Positions 10,371 to 18,595 of a DNA stretch of 18,595 nt are shown here, piece after piece (within the stretch, counting starts at the first letter, position 1; each line of letters starts with the position of its first letter). This stretch comes from Octopus sinensis (taxonomy: Eukaryota). The notes under the pieces are model-generated. The model did no database searches. It was not told where the DNA came from and worked only from the letters and a program-made list of their open reading frames with translations. Position numbers and translations under genes: made by a program. The stretch covers positions 1 to 18,595 of the forward strand of contig NW_021824465.1 in the NCBI RefSeq assembly GCF_006345805.1, in the 5' to 3' direction.

Positions 10371-10805
10371 TTCTGTAGCGTGACTCTTTGACTCTTAGCT
10401 TCCAGCGTATGGTAGCGCTTTTTCTATACTAATATGTATTCTCAGCACACGAAAAATCGTGCGCGCACACACACGGCCATGCGCCGTTAATACGCATTAT
10501 GCATACTGCTATATTTAACTAAGCTAGATTTTTGGCATTGCTCCTATCAGGTTAGTACTTAAAGGTGAAAGAAGCTCACCCAACGTATTATGTTATTAGT
10601 GGTACAAACATATTGCGCATATTGCAAACATAGATAAATAGATCCATCCATCCATCCATCCAATAATCCATCCATCCATCCATCCATCCATTCAATCCAT
10701 CCATCCTCCATCCATCCTCCATCCATCCTCCATCCATCCATCCACCTCCATTCATGCATCATGCATCCATGCATACATATATACATACATATGCACGTAT
10801 GTGTG
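10364..10805 (+). repeat. Left arm of long inverted repeat
   Basis: Reverse complement of 11319-11721. Positions ~10441-10693 are identical by eye. Confidence 0.95.
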
Positions 10806-10847
<42 letters not shown>

Positions 10848-10848
<1 letters not shown>

Positions 10849-11050
10849 GGGAAGCTTTATGAAAATAAACAAAAGACGAAGGCAGGTGGAAAACAAACGA
10901 ACATTGTATTAGTATGGCGCTCAGGAAATATAAATAAAACAAGTCTTTACGTTTCGAGCCTACGCTCTTCAACAGAAAGATACACAGAGAGAGAAAACCA
11001 CAGAAAGAAGGAGAGAAAAAAAATGCGTGCAGTAGCTAACGAATCAACAT
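10848..11050 (-). mobile_element. Penelope-like element terminal-repeat-like fragment with hammerhead-like motif
   Basis: Minus strand at 10943-10978 reads ctttctgttgaa-gagc-gtag-gctc-gaaacgt, resembling the CUGAnGA..GAAAC signature of PLE termini. Flanked by (TA)n. Confidence 0.45.
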
Positions 11051-11076
11051 ATATATATATTATATATATATCAATA

Positions 11077-11721
<645 letters not shown>

Positions 11722-12066
11722 GCGATTAGTATACATGTAGAGGTATATAAAATTGGTATCAGTCACGGCTAGAAGCATCACAATTGGCTTCGTTTAAAGT
11801 CGCTGCCAGAAGAGAGATACAAGTATTAAGATATGGAAAGTGACAGACATATATCATGGCGTTGACAACCGATCAAATTTGACACGAAACCTTTTATAAA
11901 GCTTACAACGCTAACAAACGTTGGACTAATTCACTCAAATGAACAACGTCCTGTCATTTAGTTGACAATTTACTTTCTTTTATTTCACACTGACACTATC
12001 TTGCAGTTTGAATAGCTTCCTCGTATTGAGAGTTATAGGTTGGTCTGAATATATAGTATCTAAACC

Positions 12067-12259
<193 letters not shown>

Positions 12260-12454
12260 TTTCCCATATGTGTATGTGCGTGCGCATGAATATATGTGCA
12301 TATGTTTATTCAGGTACATACGCCAATACACATATGCATGTTTGTGTATATGTGTATATATATATATACATAGTGTGCGTGAGAGAGGGGGCAATAAGTA
12401 GATATACATGCATGCCATGCATACATACACACACGCATAACTATATATATATTA

Positions 12455-12772
12455 GGAAGGTGCACGAATTAGTGGTCAGGGTATTCGCCCTCCGATCGTA
12501 AGGTCGTGAGTTCGATTCCCCGCAGCGCAGTGTGCCATTAAGAAAGACACCTTTACGCCACTCCAGTCCACTCAGCTGGCAAAAATGAGCAGTATCTGCA
12601 TTTCAAAGGGCCAGCTTTGTTATATTTTGTGTCACGCTGAATCTCCTTGAGAACTACGTTAAGGATACGCGTGTCTATGGAATGCTCGGCCACTTGCATG
12701 TTAATTTTACGAACTGGGTGTTCCGTTGATCGAATCCGCTGGAACCTTCGTCCGTACCCGACAGTGTGCCAG
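12455..12772 (+). mobile_element. tRNA-derived SINE, family C
   Basis: tRNA-like head with A-box-like ttagtggtcaggg and B box gagttcgattccc (12508-12520), then a central block ctccagtccactcagctggcaaaaatgag and an unrelated 3' part ending in a (TA) tract. Confidence 0.8.
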
Positions 12773-12774
12773 TT

Positions 12775-12836
12775 TATGTATATATATGTATGTATATATA
12801 TGTATATATATATATGTGTATATATATAAATATGTA

Positions 12837-12869
<33 letters not shown>

Positions 12870-12870
12870 T

Positions 12871-12903
<33 letters not shown>
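12775..12903. repeat. (TA)n-rich tract
   Basis: Direct reading. Confidence 0.9.
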
Positions 12904-12904
<1 letters not shown>

Positions 12905-13202
12905 ATAGAAATATTAAAATTACTAAGTCTCTCTAAAGGAGATTACGGCAGCGTTACTGGATATTAATAGTTATCGCCATACTAATATGGCAGTCTATAA
13001 ATATAAGACTAAAGCTGTCGCTGATTAGCTCCAAAAGGCCATCACCTCTAGCTAGCTATATGACACACGAACCTGCGTCCATTACAATGTATGTATGTAC
13101 GTATGTATGTATGTATGTATGTATCTATGTATCTATGTATGTATCTATGTATGTATCTATGTATGTATGCATGCATGTATATGTCTGTGTGTGTATGTAT
13201 AT

Positions 13203-13418
13203 GTTTGTGTATCTGTGTTTGTCACCCAACATCGTTTGACAACCGATGATGGTGTGCTTACGTCCCTGTCACTTAGCGGTTCGGCAAGGGGGAACGATAG
13301 ACTAAGTAATATGCTTACAAAGAATAAGTTCTGGGGTCGATTTGCTCGACTAAAGGCAGTGCTCCAGCATGAGCGCAATCAAATGACTGAAACAAATAAA
13401 AGAATAAAAGAAAAAGAA
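13203..13418 (+). mobile_element. SINE family A, 3' half only
   Basis: tctgtgtttgtcaccc..tgacaaccgatg..cttagcggttcggcaa..ggggtcgatttgctcgactaaaggc..aaatgactgaaacaa matches 14860-15050. Preceded by (TATG)n rather than the 5' half. Confidence 0.9.
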
Positions 13419-13803
13419 TGTATATATATATATAAATTAAATTAGAGATAAAATCACTATTAGGCAAATCAAACAATGAAAAACATAAACCAAAATATAA
13501 ACATAAAAATAAATTATATAATATACAAAATATATAAAATAAAAATTTTTAAATTTAAATTATTTAAATTTAAAATTAAAATTATTAATTTATATTTATT
13601 TTTTTTTTTAAATATATATAACTATCAAAAAGTTTTCACAAAGCCTTCGTGAAATTAGATTTAATCCTAAATCTAATTTTTCCCTGTAAGTTTGGATTTA
13701 CTCCCTAAATTATATATATATATATATATATATATAGATATATATAGGTATATAGGGTCTGCAGGTAAAAAATTTTACAAATAATCTATCAAGTAATTTG
13801 TGA

Positions 13804-13836
<33 letters not shown>

Positions 13837-13837
13837 C

Positions 13838-13882
<45 letters not shown>

Positions 13883-13974
13883 GTATATATATATAGGTTT
13901 ATATTTTCTATTTTCACAACCAGTCCAATTGTGAAGAGCGAGATGTAGTCGTATAATTGCTAGGAATTGACTGA

Positions 13975-14103
13975 TAATTTATTGATATTTTTTACCTGTT
14001 CAGTATGAAAGTTAAAATGTTATCTTATTGGACTTGAACTCTGGGCACAAAGAGATCGCAAATAACTTCATTAAGGGATTAAGGCCGATGCTCTACCGAA
14101 TCT
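13975..14103 (-). mobile_element. Highly degenerate SINE family B fragment
   Basis: Ordered weak matches: tatgaaag..aaa, ttgaactc, ccgatgctctaccgaatct. Confidence 0.4.
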
Positions 14104-14169
14104 ATGAACGAAAACATGATCAAGTGGCTAATCTCGAGAACTTGTTTTCGATGCCAGCCAATGCCCGGG

Positions 14170-14245
14170 CTCTTGAGCAAGTATTTTTTACCATAGTTTC
14201 CACAGTACCCAATATTTGTGAATGAAATTGGGTGGAAGCTCGTCG
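14170..14245 (+). mobile_element. Degenerate SINE family A fragment
   Basis: cttgagcaagtattttttaccatag..ttgtgaatgaaattgg..gaagctcgtcg parallels cttgggcaagtgtcttctgctatag..ttgtgagtggatttgg..gaagcctgtcg in the 14652 copy. Confidence 0.55.
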
Positions 14246-14651
14246 GGTGAAAGACATAGCCTACACACACAAACACACACAAGCACACCAACACACACAC
14301 ACACACACCACACACACACCACAGCTCTCGAAAGATCACTGACCCCTCTTTATTCACTTCTTCATACTCACATCTGCTGATAACGGTGAATATTGGTTGA
14401 TCGATTTCTTTGTATATTGGAATTACCTTTTATCACAGCTGTTCTGTCTTCTTAAACTACAACCATTTTATAGAGAAGGCTTATAATCAGTTTCCTCCAA
14501 TATATTACTGGTATTCTGTGGAATGGAAGGTAAAGTTAAAGTCGTACACAATGGAATATGATCAGAGAAAGAAATAACATACTACAAATTATTTGCACCG
14601 TTTCTTGTGACTATCTATTGCACTCCAAGCTCCTTACAAGTTACAGTAATT

Positions 14652-15067
14652 GCGGCAGGAGTGGCTGTGTGGTAAGTAGCTTGCTAAACAACCACATGGT
14701 TCCGGGTTCAGTCCCACTGCGTGGCATCTTGGGCAAGTGTCTTCTGCTATAGCCCCGGGCCGACTAATGCCTTGTGAGTGGATTTGGTTGACGGAAACTG
14801 AAAGAAGCCTGTCGTATATATGTATATATATATATATGTATGTGTGTGTGTTTGTGTGTCTGTGTTTGTCCCCCTAGCCTTGCTTGACAACCGATGCTGG
14901 TGTGTTTACGTCCCCGTCACTTAGCGGTTCGGCAAAAGAGACTGATAGAATAAGTACTGGGCTTACAAAAGAATAAGTCACGGGGTCGATTTGCTCGACT
15001 AAAGGCGGTGCTTCAGCATGGCCGCAGTCAAATGACTGAAACAAGTAAAAGAGTAAAGAGTAAAGAG
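14652..15067 (+). mobile_element. tRNA-derived SINE, family A, full-length
   Basis: Head caggagtggctgtgtggtaag (A-box-like) and ggttcagtccc (B-box-like), an internal (TA)/(TG) tract, the 3' module and a (taaagag)n tail. Several homologues lie in this window. Confidence 0.93.
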
Positions 15068-15129
15068 TAGCAGAGAGCAGCCATATTAGCATTAATAATT
15101 GATTTTTGTTTGTTTTTTGGGGTTTTTTG

Positions 15130-15264
15130 CAGATTTTGGTACGTGGACAATAATTTTAGGGAGAGGCTCCTGTCGATTAATTCGGCTCACTTATTCAATT
15201 GTTGTTTATTTTATTGACCCCCGAAAGATAAGAAGACGTGCTGACGATTCTGCCAGCTCGCTGC
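15130..15264 (-). mobile_element. SINE family B copy with internal deletion
   Basis: ttattttattgacccccgaaagat is joined directly to cgtgctgacgattctgccagctcgc; the central ~60 nt are missing relative to 3338-3572. Confidence 0.7.
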
Positions 15265-15282
15265 TGTCAAACGTTTTCATTT

Positions 15283-15447
15283 AGGAGTGGCTGTGTGGAA
15301 AGAAGCTTGCTTACCAACCGCATGGTTTCAGGTTCAGACCCACTGCGTGGTACCTTGGGCAAGTGTCTTCTACTATAGCCTCGGGCCGATCAATGCCTTG
15401 TGAGTGGATCTGGTAGACGGAAACTGAAAGAAGCCCGTCGTATATAT
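15283..15447 (+). mobile_element. SINE family A, 5' half only
   Basis: Matches 14657-14820 and ends at cccgtcgtatatat. Confidence 0.92.
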
Positions 15448-15620
15448 CATCATCATCATCATCATCGTTTAACGTCCGTTCTCCATGCTAGCATGGGTTG
15501 GACGGTTCGACCGGGGATCTGGGAAGCCAGAAGGCTGCACCAGGCGCCGGTCTTATTGGCAATGTTTCACAGGCCCTGCATGCCATCCCCTGATGCCTTC
15601 CTAGCCAACCATCCCGTGAG
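15448..15620 (-). mobile_element. RTE-type LINE (or RTE-tailed SINE) 3' end with (GAT)n tail
   Basis: Minus strand ends ccatgctagcatgg-agaacggacgttaaac-(gat)n, with a perfect 14-bp palindrome at 15483-15496. A terminal stem-loop plus (GAT)n tail is typical of RTE-clade 3' ends; the clade call is from recall. Confidence 0.6.
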
Positions 15621-15679
15621 ATATATATATATATATATATATAATATATATATAGATATATTATATATATTATATATAT

Positions 15680-15730
15680 AAACGCCGCTCAGTATTTTGC
15701 CAGGCTTGCTAACGATTCTGCCTGCTTGCT
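15680..15730 (-). mobile_element. SINE family B 5' fragment
   Basis: aaacgccgctcagtattttgccaggcttgctaacgattctgcc matches 3515-3560. Confidence 0.65.
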
Positions 15731-15857
15731 TATGTACAGTCTACTTTACCGGTGTTGTAAAGACTCTGCCAGTTTTCCACCCTATGAGCAAGATATAATA
15801 TTAAAGCAGAGAACACAATTAGGGTAACCTACATACTTATGAGTAAGAAACCTCACA

Positions 15858-16021
15858 GGCGTAGGAGTGGCTGTGTGGTAAGTAGCTTGCTTACGAACCA
15901 CATGGTTCGGGGTTCAGTCCCACTGCGTGGCATCTTGGGCAATTGTTTTCTACTACAGCCTCGGGCTACCCAAAGCCTTGTGAGTGGATTTGGTAGACAG
16001 AAACTGAAAGCAGCCCGTCGT
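15858..16021 (+). mobile_element. SINE family A, 5' half only
   Basis: ggcgtaggagtggctgtgtggtaagtagcttgc..gcccgtcgtata matches the other family A heads. Confidence 0.92.
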
Positions 16022-16081
16022 ATATATGTATGTATATATGTCGTATATATGTATGTATGCCCGTCGTATATATGTATGTAT

Positions 16082-16118
<37 letters not shown>

Positions 16119-16566
16119 TATGTTTGTATGACCTTGCAGGTCATATGTATATATATATGTATGTTTGTATGACCTTGCAGGTCATGTTAGAATTTACTTC
16201 TAGACGAGTAACCCATCCCGCTCAAACGGTCCTTGAATAAGGGTTATTTAAGGATGTTGAACGAAACACCCATGTTTCCAGAGGTGAATTATTCAAACTT
16301 CAAAGAATCCCTCTCAACACATGGCTATGATGCTCCCCAACTGCTTCTGCTCGTGATCAGAGATGCACATAACGTCAGCGACTAAGCGACATGTTCAACT
16401 GGTTATGGTCAAACAACTGACAAGGAAATCTGTGGTATTGAACAGAATATTTGCTGTAGCCCATCTTTTATACCAAGACAAAACAATGTACATGATAACA
16501 CTTCCAATCAGCTAAGATCAGAAGCCTTGAGAGCCACTGCCCGGAGCTGCATCAAGGTATTGAAGG
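16119..16566. repeat. Unclassified GC-richer island, probably an interspersed repeat
   Basis: About 400 nt of non-microsatellite sequence between (TA)n and (TTA)n, starting with a duplicated hairpin. Recalled as an abundant octopus repeat, but single-copy in this window. Confidence 0.4.
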
Positions 16567-16581
16567 TTATTATTATTATTA

Positions 16582-16620
<39 letters not shown>
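16567..16620. repeat. (TTA)n/(TAA)n microsatellite at the 3' end of the Dong-like element
   Basis: Direct reading. Confidence 0.95.
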
Positions 16621-18099
16621 GTTTTTTCCTTCTTTCTACAAATTTTCTTCCGTTTCTCGCCGAGTGTTTTCCATACACTTAAGGTAGAGAAGGGCATTGT
16701 ATGCATTCCCAGATTACATGCGCAAATTCATAGATAAAATATGTATTTAAAAATTAATAAATAAATAAATTCATGGATGGATGTTATTTTCACAGCGATA
16801 GTGCTCTTCTCAGTACATGAGCCGTTCCAGTTAATACGATTTTTTGCACTTCTTGTAGAGATGGTAAGCCTGGAATCATTTTCAAATAGGTTTCAGTACC
16901 TTTTTTTATCATTCCTAGAGATCCTACAATCACTGGTACTGTAGTCGCCTTGAGATGCCACATTGCTTCAATTTCTATTAGCAGATCTTTATATTTACTA
17001 ATCTTGTCAAATTCTTTCGCCGCTATATTGTGATCACAAGGAATACTCATGTCAATTACTAAACACATCCTTTTTGTCTGATCTTTTATAATAATATCCG
17101 GTTTATTAGCCTTTATAGTCTTGTCGGTCTGCACGGGGAAGTCCCATAGAATCGACACATTTTCTCCCTGTCACAGTTTCATGATGATGTTTATACCATT
17201 TGTCAGCGGTTTTGATTTTATAATGCCGACATATTGTCCAATGTAAATACTGGTCGTCTCTGTCATGTCTTGCTTTATATTCTGCTGGTGCTAAGACTCT
17301 ACACACAGAGATTAGGTGATCTATTGTTTCAATCTCATCGTTACATAATGGGCATTTTGGGTCAGCTCCATTTTTCATCACATTGGCTTGGTAGTTCTGG
17401 GTTAATAAGCTTTGGTCTTAAGCAGCTAATATGAAACCTTCACTCTCTGCTTTTAGCCTTGAGCTTTGTAACCATTGGTGCGTGTGTTTCTGGTCGACAT
17501 CAGCTTGTTTGCTATGGGCCACATACTTGCCATGGAGAGGTTTCTGTTCCCATCTGCTAACTAAATTTTCATGTGCTTTCGTCTTTGCAATTAATTTTAT
17601 TTTCTTTGCAGCATTTCCTTAAGCCTGCTCAATCTGGTGGGGTATCTAAGAGATCAGCGGCGATTTTTTTGCTCTCTTTGAAAATAGAGTGAAGTTTTTT
17701 AGGTCTTTCATGTTTTTCAACAAGTTTTAGTATCCAATCGTAGGTTGCTCCAAGGTATTTGGCCAGTCCGATTGTGGTGGTTTTGTATGTAAGTTCAAGC
17801 TGGATCAAACCTCGACCTCTCTGAGCCCTGGGAAGGTAAAGGCGATCCACGTCTGCCTTTGGATGGTGTATCTCATTACAAGTCAGTAGCTTGCGGATTT
17901 TTCTGACAATTTTCATTATTTCACTGGTATTTCAGTTAACCACATTGAAGCTATAAAGAACAATTGGTACTGCTAAGGAATTTATGGATAAAACCTTATT
18001 ATATGCATTCAGCTCAGACTTCAGGACTGCTCGAACTCTTCTATAACATTCTTTCCTAACCTTCTCTTTCATGCTTGCATGCTGGATACCAGAGCCTTC
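16621..18099 (-). mobile_element. R4/Dong-clade non-LTR retrotransposon, 5'-truncated, family R4-a
   Basis: Minus frames: EGSGIQHASMKEKVRKECYRRVRAVLKSELNAYNKVLSINSLAVP; HHPKADVDRLYLPRAQRGRGL; WEQKPLHGKY..SEGFILAA*DQSL; CPLCNDEIETIDHLISVC (C-x2-C-x8-H-x4-C); YKARHD; KPDIIIKD..CLVIDMSIP..KYKDL..VPVIVGSLG (RLE). Stop at 16790-16792, about 170 nt of 3' UTR, then (TAA)n. Several stops and frameshifts. Confidence 0.93.
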
Positions 18100-18130
18100 A
18101 TCATCATCGTCGTCGTCGTCGTTGTTGTTG

Positions 18131-18191
<61 letters not shown>

Positions 18192-18193
18192 CA

Positions 18194-18229
<36 letters not shown>

Positions 18230-18263
18230 TATTATTATTATTATATTATTATTATTATTATTA
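18099..18263. repeat. Compound trinucleotide tract (CAT)n(CGT)n(TGT)n(TAT)n
   Basis: Direct reading. Confidence 0.95.
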
Positions 18264-18271
18264 CACACACA

Positions 18272-18430
18272 TATATTGTTATTGTTACTTAATGCCAATC
18301 GTCTCTGATCAAGCAGAAGGCGTTCAAAAGCTATTCCAGACCTAGACGTCATATCCTTTGGTATATTCAATATAACCAGGCGTTTTTAAGAGATTGAGAT
18401 GTTCTTTGAGGTTGATTTGGTTACCTTTTT
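18272..18430 (+). repeat. Unclassified degenerate interspersed repeat, related to 5260-5450
   Basis: taagagattgagatgttctttgaggttgattt versus caagacaattggatgtcatttgatggagattt (~5395-5426), plus upstream ordered blocks. Confidence 0.4.
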
Positions 18431-18549
18431 AAAGCATATCCAGTGACAGCGTAAATGCTTCCTTACCGTGTTGGCTCACAATTAATGTTGTGTTGAACGA
18501 AAACCGAACGATATATGTATATCTATTCCCGTATGTACGCGTGTTGTGC

Positions 18550-18593
<44 letters not shown>

Positions 18594-18595
18594 TC

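Noticed and set aside
12455-12525. Possible tRNA gene
   Set aside because: A- and B-box-like motifs are present, but no complete cloverleaf is evident and it continues into a SINE body; treated as a SINE head.
12905-13085. Non-microsatellite island resembling a recalled octopus repeat
   Set aside because: Single copy here with no diagnostic motif; cannot be supported from the sequence alone.
17234-17622. Plus-strand ORFs 17234-17434 and 17431-17622
   Set aside because: Antisense to the Dong-like ORF.
18071-18345. Poly-L, poly-Y and poly-I ORFs
   Set aside because: Translations of the (ATT)n tract.

Overview
AT-rich eukaryotic intergenic or intronic DNA, dense in microsatellites and transposon debris. 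The SINE families and repeat landscape most resemble an Octopus/coleoid cephalopod genome; this is inferred from recalled repeat sequences, not from a search. No host protein-coding gene can be supported, and nearly all ORFs in the supplied track are translations of (TA)n, (TG)n, (CATA)n, (GGAT)n or (ATT)n tracts. Recognisable elements are: (1) at least three tRNA-derived SINE families, about 14 copies or fragments, one with a clear 15-17 bp TSD; (2) a one-ended mariner transposase pseudogene at ~3760-4636 (-); (3) two lineages of R4/Dong-type non-LTR retrotransposons with a CCHC knuckle and restriction-like endonuclease, namely a 5'-truncated copy embedded in (TAA)n at 16621-18099 (-) and a head-to-tail cluster of a second, (CATA)n-associated family at ~7490-10090 (-); (4) 3' ends of a CR1/L2-type and an RTE-type LINE; (5) a Penelope-like terminal fragment with a hammerhead-like motif. 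Unexplained structures are a ~440 bp inverted duplication (10364-11721, about 250 bp of it perfect) and two short near-perfect inverted pairs (33/36 and 30/31 nt) spaced about 1.2-1.4 kb apart. Coordinates of degenerate elements are approximate and were read by eye.
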